A stretch of DNA of 64,000 bases from Squalus acanthias (taxonomy: Eukaryota), in contig CM059432.1 of assembly GCA_030390025.1 (NCBI GenBank), positions 92,258,001-92,322,000 on the forward strand, read 5' to 3'. The stretch's first letter is position 1. Every line of letters begins with the position of its first letter. This document shows positions 52,967-64,000 of the stretch, one piece after another. The position numbers were made by a program, and so were the translations under genes. The notes beneath the pieces were generated by a model. It saw only the letters and a program-made list of their open reading frames with translations. It made no database searches and was not told where the DNA came from.

Positions 52967-54170
52967 CTGAATAAGTGACAGCTGCCCCTCAATTATATTC
53001 GAGGACAAGCTGCTAGATCACTTGCAATATTACAGTGATTATTTTCTCATTTGTTCAGTGAGCAAAGTGTCTGGTATCAGAAACATAAACATTTTGGGAA
53101 CAAATTAACCAAAGTCTGAATATGGCATGGTAAACAAATTGGGAAAATGGATGTAAGAAAACTTTCTAGACTCCACAGATAACAATGCAGAGAAATGTTT
53201 CAGTAAAACTGTAAAGTTATTTTCATATTGCCGATCCATTATAAATGGATGTGATTCTGTAATATGCCGGGGGACAGTTGTTTGAAAATTGTTGCAACTT
53301 TCTTTTCCTTGATCACTGGGGATGTTTGTATGGGCCAGCAATCAGGAAACCAAATCATTAGCGTGTGCAGTGGGATGAGCAGTCAGCCAGCAAGCAGCTA
53401 AAAGATGGTGGCTGTTTACAATGCTGCTCCAGCACCATGCCTCTAGAGGAGCCAAGGAAAACCATCTCTTCAGGTGGGTCTTAGCCCTGCTGGAGGCACT
53501 GATGTCTCATTTACTCTGTAGCACTGCTGCCAAAGCCAGGGCTGCTGTTGGAGGCACTGCTGTAAGTTAATTGTAGCATCCCTCTTAGCTGCAAATCTGA
53601 GTGAGATACTTGCACTTTTTGACATTAACAGCAGCACTCAGCTGAACCAAAATAATTTTTTTAATTGGTTCTAATGGTAGGTTTCAGCTGATCCACAATA
53701 AGCAGCGTATAGGTGAGGTGAGAGAACATGAACTATCACTTTCACATGTATGTCTGCCAACAGTTTGAAGGGAATTAAATAATTTTGGAAACATCATTTG
53801 TGGTCTCCTGTTGGCATTTTGGCAGGACAGCTCCTTCAGTACATGCAGTGGCAAGGGGTACAAGGCTCATGTCTGAAGCTCCCTCATGTGTAGACATTGG
53901 AAAGGGCCATAAGGAAGCGGGCTCATTGCCATGCTCTGGAGAGACAGTGAAATCTGTGACCCCTCCTTGCAGCCCACAGGTGCAGCAAACAGGCTCAGAG
54001 GTGTAATCTTCAGAGCCCTGTGCAAATGTGGCTTTCAGGCTCACCCTCAAGACAGCTATTGAAGAAGTGGTAGTTGCTGCTCTGGAAGCCACCACGCTTC
54101 TTTGGACAGCCTCCTGCTCCCTTGTGGCTGTAAAAGCCTGCTGGACCATCACACTCCATAGTGTTATGCA

Positions 54171-55815
54171 CTTTGAACAACTTCTCCTTTGACTCTACCC
54201 ATTTCCTCCAAATTAAAGGTGTTGCTATGGGTACCCGCATGGGTCCTAGCTATGCCTGCCTTTTCGTGGGATATGTGGAACACTCTTTGTTCCAGTCCTA
54301 CTCGGGTCCCCTCCCTCACCTCTTTTTCCGGTACATTGATGACTGTATCGGTGCCGTCTCCTGCTCTCGCCCTGAACTAGAACATTTCATTCACTATGCT
54401 TCCAATTTCCACCCTTCCCTCACCTTCACATGGTCCATCTCCGACTCTTCTCTTCCCTTCCTCGACTTCTCCATCTCCATCTCTGGGGATAGGTTATTGA
54501 CTAACATTCACTACAAGCCCACCGACTCCCACAGCTACCTGGACTACACTTCCTCCCACCCCGCCTCCTGTAAGGACTCTATTCCATTCTCCCAGTTTCT
54601 CCGTCTCCGCCGCATCTGCTCTGATGATGCCACCTTCCATACCAGTGCTTCCGACATGTCTTCCTTTTTCCTCAACCGAGGATTCCCCTCTACCGTGGTC
54701 GACACGGCCCTCGACCGTGTCCGTTCTATCTCCCGCACATCTGCCCTCACCCCTGCCCCTCCCTCCCGGAACCACGATAGGGTTCCCCTTGTCCTCACCT
54801 TTCACCCCACCAGCCTCCACATTCAACGGATCATCCTCCGCCATTTCCGCCACCTCCAGCGTGATCCCACCACCAAACACATCTTCCCCTCACCTCCCCT
54901 TTCAGCATTCCGCAGGGACCGCTCCCTCCGCGACACCCTAGTCCACTCCTCTACCACCCCCAGCACCCCTTCCCCTTCGCCCGGCACCTTCCCGTGCACG
55001 CGCAGGAGATGCAACACATGCCCTTATACCTCCCCTCTTCCCACTGTCCAGGGCCCCAAACACCCCTTCCAGGTGAAACAGCGATTTACTTGTACTTCCT
55101 GCAATTTAGTATACTGTATTCGCTGCTCACGATGTGGACTCCTCTACATTGGGGAGACCAAACGCAGATTGGGTGACCGCTTTGCGGAACACCTCCGTTC
55201 AGTCCGTAAGGGGGACCCCGAGCTCCCGGTGGCCTGTCACTTTAATTCACCGCTTCACTCCCACTCTGACCTCACCGTCCTCGGCCTAATACACTGTTCC
55301 ACGGAAGCTCAGCGTAAGCTCGAGGAACAGCACCTCATCTTTCGTTTAGGCACGCTACAGCCCTCTGGACTCAATATCGAGTTCAACAATTTTAGATCAT
55401 AACCTCAGCTCCAATCACATTTATATTTTATTTTATCCACCCTTTTATTTGTCCCCCCCACCTTTTTTTTCCTCCTAGAAGCTGGCAGCTGTCCTTCATT
55501 CTGCCAGTAGATTTCACACTTCATTCAGCCTTAATCTGTCACATTAACACCACCTCTAGCCTTGCATATCTCTTAATGTCTCTTAATGTCTCTTCATCTC
55601 CTCCTTTGTTCCTTTATCCCCTCCCCCTTTTCCCAGCTTTACCCTGGCCTTAAATCTATTTGATTTCCAGCTCTTCCCAGTTCTGATGAAAGGTCATCGA
55701 CCTGAAACGTCAACTCTCTTTCTCTCTCCACGGATGCTGCCTGGCCTGCTGAGTTTTTCCAGCGTTTTCTGTTGTTATTTCGGATTTCCAGCATCTGCAG
55801 TATTTTGCTATCGTA
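54171..55815 (+). mobile_element. Penelope-like retroelement, 5'-truncated, RT C-terminal half plus GIY-YIG endonuclease, 13-bp TSD
   Basis: Uninterrupted frame to 55402: QIKGVAMGTRMGPSYA, RYIDD, LPFLD, YKPTD, C-x4-C-x2-C linker, VYCIRCSRCGLLYIGET, RFAEH, GTLQPSGLN; TSD atagtgttatgca at 54158-54170 and 55816-55828. Confidence 0.95.
55679..55715 (+). ncRNA. Minimal type-I hammerhead ribozyme
   Basis: agtt-CTGATGA-a-aggtc(atc)gacct-GAAAC-GTC-aact: stem I agtt/aact, 5-bp stem II, palindromic ACGT stem III, GUC triplet. Confidence 0.85.
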
Positions 55816-56081
55816 ATAGTGTTATGCATGTTGTGAGAAACCTCCTGCAGTGTGTTACGGATGTGTAGAGTCCTCCCACTTCTCCATCATCTTAACTAAA
55901 TGCATGAAAACCCTCGCCACTGCCTGCACTTACTGCTTCAACAACCTCCCTTAATATGGCCTAAACCACCATCTTATAAGGTTTTCTGCCTTCAGTGCCC
56001 AGGAGACGTTCCCTTGTAGCCCTTACTTTAGCGAGCAAACCCTCCACGGAAGCATCAGAGAATCTGGGAATCTTGCCACTG

Positions 56082-56183
56082 ACCCTCCCCCCCCCCCACC
56101 ACCCCCTCCCCCCCCCCCACCCCCTCCCCCCCCCCCCACCACCCCCTCCCCCCCCCTCCCCCCTCCCCCCCCCCCCCCCACCC
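56082..56183. repeat. Poly-C low-complexity tract
   Basis: ~100 nt of C runs broken by single A or T. Confidence 0.9.
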
Positions 56184-57299
56184 GAAACTGCTGCTCCTTC
56201 AGATATTTTTCAAAGTCCTAGCCTGCTGCTAAACCACCAATGGAAAGAAAATCAAACCCAAGTGTTCTCCTTTCTTTTAAATCATGTGTTGGACAATAGT
56301 GGAGACTAGAGAAAAGCAACTAAACTTGGCCCCAGTTAGTGCCTGTGAGATGACTACTAAACAGAGATGATCATTCTGTGGAGTGTTCAGGCTCTCAAAG
56401 ATTTGCTTGCCTTTTGTCAATCCAGCACAACCCGACAACAAGCTAATCCATAAAACGGATCTATGAGGAGCGTTATAAATGAAGGTAGTGTAAAATATAA
56501 AAGCTTGAATAATAATCAAATTCCATGGATTTTGTCACTCACATATTATATGGTCAAGTTCACTCATTTAAATGTCACATAGGACTGGGACGCATATGCG
56601 TCCTGCATTTATCATTCCATACGGCTCTAATTCTCACTAATGAGATAATTCAAAGAGTTACCAGTTAAGTAGATGAATCTGATGGGGTCATTCCTTGTCC
56701 TTTTATGGTTGCAATTTGCTTAAACTTGGATATTGTCCAAGTACTGGATGCGGTGGAGAGACTCTACAATTTAAATATAATGCACAAAAAATGAAAACTA
56801 CAGACAACACCCTAGTTACCTTAATTTAGTTACCAATAGGTTTTGTTTTAAGATATCAAGCATAGAGCATACCTTATTGGTTGTTTATGGAGTCATTTTG
56901 TTTCTTTAAAAAGAATACAATCATTAAAAAATGACATGGGTGTTTTGAAAAAATGCAATTAAAAATGGAGCTTATGTAGTAGCAGGTAGACTCCAACATT
57001 ACATTTCACAGCTTAAAGATCAAGTCTCAGGAGTGTTCAGAGGAATCCATCTCAAACACAAAGGAAAAGGGGGAAATCATTTTTACACCTCTTTTTATTT
57101 TTTTTAAATTCAATCCTAATAAACCACTGAGCATAGTAAAGCAGTTTTTTTTTTAATTACATTTCTTAAGTAATGCTGTAAGGACAAATGCATGTTGCAC
57201 ATCAAGAACAGATATCAATAAATAAAGGAATGATATAAAACTAATTGTCTTCCTCCCCTGCCTCTGCCCTTGCCCACCCCAGTGTCTCCACACACTCAC

Positions 57300-57359
57300 C
57301 TGGTCCCCACTAAATATAAAGGTGTACATCATAATACTCATTTATTTTCCCAACATAAC
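57300..57359 (-). pseudogene. Candidate 60-nt exon with strong splice sites but stops in all frames
   Basis: Acceptor tttattttctcag|, donor cag|gtgagt; best frame (G)YVGKINEYYDVHLYI*WGP. Confidence 0.35.
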
Positions 57360-58329
57360 CTGAGAAAATAAATAGAATTGTAGGATAGCACTCAGCAATA
57401 GAGCAAATCAAGCAGTCTTGCTTATTAGAACAACCATTTTGCCCTACTCCCATCCACTATATTTAATAACTTAAACAAGGGTCACCCGGTCGTATTCCAA
57501 GGCAATAGCGCTTTCCAAAACTCTACTTCTGCAGCAAGGATTTAGCAATAATGAAACATGCTGCCTTTAGGAAACTACTTTCAGACATGCATAGCAAAAG
57601 ACTAATTTGGAGTAAACATGGTGCCTAATGTTAAAGAATTTACAATTCAGCAAGGCCATTTATGGAACTTATTCCACCCCCCCCCCCCACAATGGCCCTT
57701 GTAACATTCTTGGACGCTGTCCCTTGTAGTTAATACGAAGGGTGTCAGTGCCACAAGGGACTTGTTACTGAACAAATAACGTGCAGAAAAATCCATTACT
57801 TTCAAAGCTATTGTAATCCACAGCTCCCTCCATGCATTCTATTCCCTGTAGCATCTGCTTTCTGACGTTATAGATGGCAAAAGGCTTTTCTTGCTTGCAT
57901 TTTCTATCTTTTTAATAATTAATGAAAATAACTTGATTACTTTCCAGCATTCTGGTGATACAGAAGCCATTTGCTCTGTGACATTATAATGAACTGCAAT
58001 TAGTTGATGGTAACTGTAATTATGTAAATAAGTGCTTTGAAAATTAAGGAATTCAGGTTTACTTAAAAGTATATAAAGCCAATTCCTGCATCTCAGAGCA
58101 GCATGGAGCACTACAATTTGGTTCAGTAGCCTAGAGCTCGAGAAGGGGGGAAAAATCCACCAGGGGTCCTGCTCATGATCACTATCCAGTGACCCCTACT
58201 TGACAGTGCACATCGTACACAGGACAGGGCAGAGTAGAGTTGTAATGCTCTCTGTGGTCAAACGCTGTGTATGCCTGTGGAACTGTATCGCAGCATGAGT
58301 TACAGTTAGCAGGAAAGGAGGAGGGGAAA

Positions 58330-59647
58330 CCGGGTAACTACAGACCTGTCAGTTTGACATCATTTGTGGGAAGGTTACTTGAATCTATCATCAAAGAGAG
58401 TGACTAAGCACTTGGACAAATAACAGCTGATCAAAGAGAATCGGCATGGATTTGTGAAGGCTAGGTTATGTCTGACTAATCTGGTGAATTTTTTGAGGTC
58501 ACTAGCATGATGCATAGGGGAGAGTCTATGTATGTTATCTACACGGATTTCCAGAAGACATTTGATAAGGTTCCGCACAAGAGATTATTAGCAAAAATGA
58601 GAAAGGACGGGATTGTAGGTAATTGGTTGGGAGGTAGGAGACAGGCAATAGGGATAAAGGGTTCTTTCTCTGATTGGCAGGATGTGATAAGTGGTGTTTC
58701 CCAGGGATATGTACTGCAGGCCTCAGCTTTTCACCATATATATTAACGACGGATGAAGGAATGGAGAGTTATATATCCAAGTTTGTAGATGACACCAAGT
58801 TAGGAGACACAGTAAGTTGTGTGGACGGAGCAGGAAGTTACAAAGGGACATAGACAGACTAAGTGAGTGGACAAAACTATAGCAGATGAAGTTCAATGGG
58901 AAAGTGTGAGGTCATCCACTTTGGATCTGAGTAAGACAAATTGGAATATATTCTTAATGGTGAGAGACTAGGAGCTGTGGAGGAGCAAAGGGATTTAGGT
59001 GTCCATGTACACAAATCACTAAAAGCTCGTGCATGGATTCAAAAGGTAATCAAAAATGCTAATGGTAGTTGGCCTTTATCTCACGGGGGTTGAATTACAA
59101 ATGTGAAGAAGTGATACTTTAGTTGTACAGAGTCTTGGTCAGACCCCAACTGGAGTACTGTGTTCAGTTTTGAGCACCAAACCTCAGGAAAGGTGTACAG
59201 CACAGATTCACAAAAATGATACCAGGGCTTAAAGGGTTAAATTATGAGGATAGGTTGCATAAACTTAGCTTGTATTTCCTTGAGTTTAGAAGGCTGTGGC
59301 ATGATCTAATTGATGTGTTTGAAATGATAAAGGGATTCGATAGGGTAGATACAGAGAAATGATTTCCTCTGGTGGGGAATCCCGAACAAGAGGGCACAAG
59401 CTTTAAATTAGAGCTAGGTCATTTACGAGTAAAATCTGGAAGCACTTTTCCACACAAAAGGTAGTGGAAATCTGGAACTCGCTCCCCCAAAAAGCTGTTG
59501 ATGCTCAGTCAATTGAAATTTTCAAGACTGAGATCGCTTGTATCAAGGGTCAAAGGTGGGTAAATGGAGTTGAGGTACAGGTCAGCCATGATCTAACTGA
59601 ATGGCAGAACAGGCTCAATGGGCTGAATGGCCTACTCCTGTTCCTAT
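58330..59647 (+). mobile_element. Degenerate CR1 LINE
   Basis: NYRPVSLT-like DNA at 58335, YTDFQKTFDKVPH, GVSQG, tttgtagatgacac (F.DD), 3' tail gggctgaatggcctactcctgttcctat; many stops and frameshifts. Confidence 0.9.
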
Positions 59648-59895
59648 CAGAGTTGCACTTGCATTTGTTTTTTTCTTTAAATTCAACCCACAGTTACAGG
59701 TCTAGTACTCTCAAATTCATGCTTCAGGCCTCAGGTCAGCACTTTTTATAGTTGAAAATGGAACCCCATTTTGTATTCACTCCAATTTTTTCACTAAAAT
59801 TATCAACAGAAGGGATTGCAATCCCCTGGTGGTTGACAACGATAATCCCATATATATTTAGGCATTCCTGACAAAGTCACCATTCTAACATATAA

Positions 59896-60639
59896 TGGCC
59901 CGGAATTTGCGGTCCAGATGACGGCGAACTGGCAGCATTCACTGTCATTTCGCCTTTGAAACTGACCGCAACTTCGGGATTTGGTGCATGCACAGGCATG
60001 TGCGGAAATCCTGAAGTTGCGGTCTGTCATTCACTGCTCCTCCACAGGCTATGCTCCCCACCCCTCCCCCCCACGGAGCCAGCAATCAGTGTAATCTCTC
60101 AAGTTATGGAAAGTGACGAAAACTTCGGCTCTTCCGCAATAAATACGTTGTTAAATTCCCCACTAAAAGTTAGACCCAAAGGGATTAGGTGTAACTGGGG
60201 TTTTAACAACGCATTCACTGCTAAACAAAGGTTATGGCGCTGAAAAACTATTCTTAATTTTGTGCAGCGTCAAATTTATCCATTTTAATAAAAAAAAAAT
60301 TTTTTAATTAAGTTTGTTTATCTTTATTTCAGGTTTGTCTTTTCCCCATGTGAGAGCCCCAATCTTTGTCTTTCTCTCTCTGACATTTTTAAAAAGTTAG
60401 AAGTTCAGGAGCTTACCTACTTCCTGGTTCGCTGTCTGTGAGAAATCTGTGTTTTAATTGGCTGCTTAGACAACTTGTTGACATGCACTCTGGGATTCCC
60501 ACTATACTCTGTTGATTTGAACTATGCGTCGGAAAACCCGAACTTCTCAACACAGGGATCGTGAGATCATTGTGCGAAGCTTACTTCGGGGCTAGCAGCG
60601 AACGCCTTTACTTTGCCGCTGACCACAAATTCCGGGCCA
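59896..60639. mobile_element. 744-bp PIF/Harbinger MITE with TAA TSD
   Basis: TIRs tggcccggaatttgcggtc / gaccacaaattccgggcca (18/19 match); TAA at 59893-59895 and 60640-60642. Confidence 0.9.
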
Positions 60640-61299
60640 TAAGATTCATTTGGCCTTTAACTTGAGAATGCAATACAGAATCACCAGTGAAGCATCAGAC
60701 GTGGGGTGCACGCCAACACTAAACCACAAGAGATTGTATAGACATATCACACACTCATTGAATGATTGGCAAACACCAATTACATGTCTTCATGAATCAG
60801 GCACAACCAATATGTTATCCAAGAGCAGTCACATCCTGCACGGTGCCATGGGTCAATCACATACCACACAACTTCAGAAGATCAGCAATGATCAAGAATA
60901 TACCACATGTTGCAGTGAATCAGACGCATACTGCTACCACCAGTAGACTACTAAGGATCAGGTGTATCAAGGATCAGAGATCTTTAGTCTGCTTAATCTT
61001 ATGTTCTAGATGTTGACGCTGGATGCCCAAACTGAAAGAGTGTTTCATTTCCTAACACTGATATTCCTCATTTTAATGTGAACAAGAATTCACAAAAAAT
61101 GAGACATAAACAACTAAGGGGCCTGATGTAGCCCAACCTGAAGGGTTCTGAATTTGGCTTTTTGTTCACAGTTGGAGCAGATATTACCTAATTGGATCAA
61201 TTCTGGTTACAAAGTGGGTTCTGCGCTCTTCTTGCGTTAAATAACCCTGTAACATTTGAATTGCTGACAGCAACTTGCCAACCTTATTACCTTCAGATG

Positions 61300-61872
61300 T
61301 GAGAAGTCGCACAACACCAGGTTATAGTCCAACAGTTTTATTTGAAATCACAAGCTTTCGGAGCGCTGCTCCTTCGTCAGGTGAAGTGAAGAGATGTATA
61401 TCGGCACAGCATATATAGTCAGAGAACACTGCCAGACGATTACAGTTAATCTTTCTAACTGCCCTTTATCACACCTCGGCAGAGAGACAATCACGGCAAT
61501 CAAAGGTGTGGATGGTGTCCAAACAGGTCAGTCAGGAAAACATTACATCAAAGACAATGAGGTGGGGTCACAAGGGGTCAAATGTGGCATATGCTGGTGT
61601 CTGTATGGAAAACAAAAAACTTTTTTTGCTAGAAATCACAGCAGGTCCAGCCGCATCTGTGCAGAGAGAACAAGCCAACGACGACTCGAGTCTGGATGAC
61701 TCTACGTCAGGTGGGGTTACATGTAGCATGACATGAACCCAAGATCCCGGTTGAGGCCGTCCTCACGGGTGCGGAACTTGGCTATCAGTTTCTGCTCGAT
61801 GATTTTGCGTTGTCGTGTGTCTCGAAGGCCGCCTTGGAGAATGCTTACCCGAAGATCGGAGGCTGAATGTGA
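61300..61872 (-). mobile_element. Second Penelope-like family, 3' fragment (GIY-YIG C-terminus plus terminal repeat)
   Basis: Minus frame HSASDLRVSILQGGLRDTRQRKIIEQKLIAKFRTREDGLNRDLGFMSCYM*; downstream hammerhead followed by aataaa. Confidence 0.88.
61348..61384 (-). ncRNA. Minimal type-I hammerhead ribozyme
   Basis: Minus strand: tcac-CTGACGA-a-ggagc(agc)gctcc-GAAA-gctt-gtga; stem I tcac/gtga, palindromic AAGCTT stem III. Confidence 0.85.
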
Positions 61873-62561
61873 CACACAAATTCGTGAAGCGTTCCATATT
61901 TTTTCTCCACATCATATTACCTTCAGAGCTGAGCATAATTAGCAGCCATTCCTTTATCTACGAATACACATATGTTCCGCAGTACATCGTAAAATATCAA
62001 AAAAATATCTGGCATAATTAAATTAGTAATGTAACTTCAGATCATATGATAATGTAAACTATCTTAAATAAAGCATTTTCTTCCAGCAGCTTCATCCAAA
62101 TGTGTACTGGTACTTACATGACAGTGAAAAGCTTGACATCATAATTCTGCACAAAAAACCAAAAGCACAGTAAATGCTCATCTACTTAACTAATGTAATC
62201 CTCCAATATAACATTTTTAATATCAGTAATGTAATGGCAGAGAGCAGCAGGAACTTCGGGAGCAGTGCTGAGGGAGGACTCTGCCTTTCGTCAGGTCTTT
62301 TTATTACTGGACTGGGAAGATTGCTAAACTATGATGAATAAGGACGTCTGGATATTGAAATATTGCAGAACTCCAGCTCATATAGAAAAACTTCCTCATC
62401 CATCCCATCTATAGTTTCAGGAAGGCAATAACAGAGGAAGAGTAGAGAACATGTTTGATTCATCATTACCAAAATGTAAGAAGGCTGTATTACTTGTCTG
62501 TTCAACAATTCAATTTTAAAAAAAAAGCAAAATTGTTTTTCTTTGTTAATCCAACTAAATA

Positions 62562-63672
62562 TACAGCAACTGGATACAGCAAAGGCTATGGGGCCCGACA
62601 ACATCCCGCCTATCGTGCTGAAGACTTGTGCTCCAGAACTAGCCGCGCCTCTAGCCAAACTGTTCCAGTACAGCTACAACACTGGCATCTATCCGACAAT
62701 GTGGAAAACTGCCCAGGTATGTCCTGTCCACAAAAAGTAGGAAAATTCCAACCCGGCCAATTACCACCCCATCAGCCTAATCTCAATCATCAGCAAAGTG
62801 ATTGAAGGTGTCATCGACAGTGCTATCAAGCGGCACTTACTCACCAATAACCTGCTCACTGATGCCCAGTTTGGGTTCCGCCAAGACCACTCGGCTCCCG
62901 ACCTCATTACAGCCTTGGTCCAAACATGGACAAAGGAGCTGAATTCCAGAGGTGAGGTGAAAGTGACTGCCCTTGACATCAAGGCAGCATTTGACCGAGT
63001 GTGGCATCAAGGAGCCATAGTAAAACTGAAGTCAATGGGAATCAGGGAAAATGCTCCACTGGCTTGAGTCATACCTAGCACAAAGGAAGATGGTTATGGT
63101 GGTTGAAGGTCAATCATCACAGCCCCAAGACATCGCTGCAGGAATTCCTCAGGGCAGTGTCCTAGGCCCAACCATCTTCAGCTGCTTAATCAATGACCTT
63201 CCCTCCAACATAAGGTCAGAAATGGAGATGTTCGCTGATGACTGCAAAGTGTTCAGCGCCATTCACAACTCCACAGATAATGAGTGCAGCTCCAACAACA
63301 CTCAAGAAGCTCAACACCATCGAGGACAAAGCAGCCCACTTGATTGGCACCCCATCCACCACCTTAAACATCCGCAACCTCTTCCACCTAGAAGGACAAG
63401 GGCAGCAGGCGCATGGGAACACCACCACCTCCAAGTTACCCTCCAAGTCACACACCATCCTGACTTAGAAGTATATCGCCGATCCTTCATCGTCGTTGGG
63501 TCAAAATCCTGGAACTCCCTCCCTAACAGCACTGTGGGACTACCTTCACCACATGGACTGCAGCGGTTCAAGAAGGCAGCTCACCACCACCTTCTCAAGG
63601 GCAACTAGGGATGGGCAATAAATGCTGGCCTTGCCAGCGATGCCCAGATCCCACAAACGAATAAAAAAAAAA
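62562..63672 (+). mobile_element. CR1-group LINE 'family B' with two internal deletions
   Basis: [51 protein letters not shown]; same 3' end as 45575 plus an A tail. Confidence 0.9.
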
Positions 63673-64000
63673 TCCTTCCTTAAATAAGGAGAACACAACT
63701 GTACGCAGTACTCAAGGTGGTCTCACCAATACCCTGTGCATTTGTAGCAGGACTTCCCTGCTTTTATACTCCAACCCCCTTGCAATAAAGGCCAACATTC
63801 CATTTGCCTTTTTGATTACTTGCTGTACCTGCATGCTAACTTTTTGTGTTTCATGCACAAGGACCCCCATGTCCCTCTGAACTAGCATTTTGTAATCTCT
63901 CTCCATTTAAATAATAATTTGCTTTTTTATTTTTCCTGCCAAAGTGGATAACCTGACACTTTCCCACATTATACTCCATCTGCCAAATGTTTGCCCACTC
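63673..64000 (-). mobile_element. CR1 LINE fragment running off the window
   Basis: QRDMGVLVHETQKVSMQVQQVIKKANGMLAFIARGLEYKSREV. Confidence 0.88.

Noticed and set aside
54161..54170. Start codon of the 413-aa ORF
   Set aside because: It lies within the TSD; the element is 5'-truncated, so this is not a true start
55995..56309. Proline-rich ORF
   Set aside because: Product of the poly-C tract
57719..57765. 9-bp inverted repeat gtcccttgt/acaagggac as an RNA hairpin
   Set aside because: Short stem with a long unpaired interior; compatible with chance
62275..62300. Possible third hammerhead (minus-strand CTGACGA)
   Set aside because: No downstream GAAA box or closing stems

Overview
Repeat-dominated vertebrate genomic DNA, most likely from a cartilaginous fish (inferred from HE1-like V-SINE, SacSINE1-like DeuSINE and CR1 tails). 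Half the window (~1458-33595) is one tandem array of a 28-bp unit (~1,150 copies). Its main variants are CpG-deamination products, it carries a ~7-8 kb higher-order duplication, and nearly every unit has a GGATTA (TAATCC) motif. The other half holds a decayed PIF/Harbinger transposon with convergent intron-containing Myb/SANT and DDE transposase genes, a second Harbinger Myb remnant head-to-head with it, four TIR MITEs, and nested CR1-group LINEs. It also holds two Penelope-like elements, each with a minimal hammerhead ribozyme; one has an uninterrupted RT+GIY-YIG frame and a 13-bp TSD. Scattered minus-strand exon-like segments may be the remains of a decayed cadherin-repeat membrane-protein gene (speculative). 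No intact host protein-coding gene could be identified with confidence.
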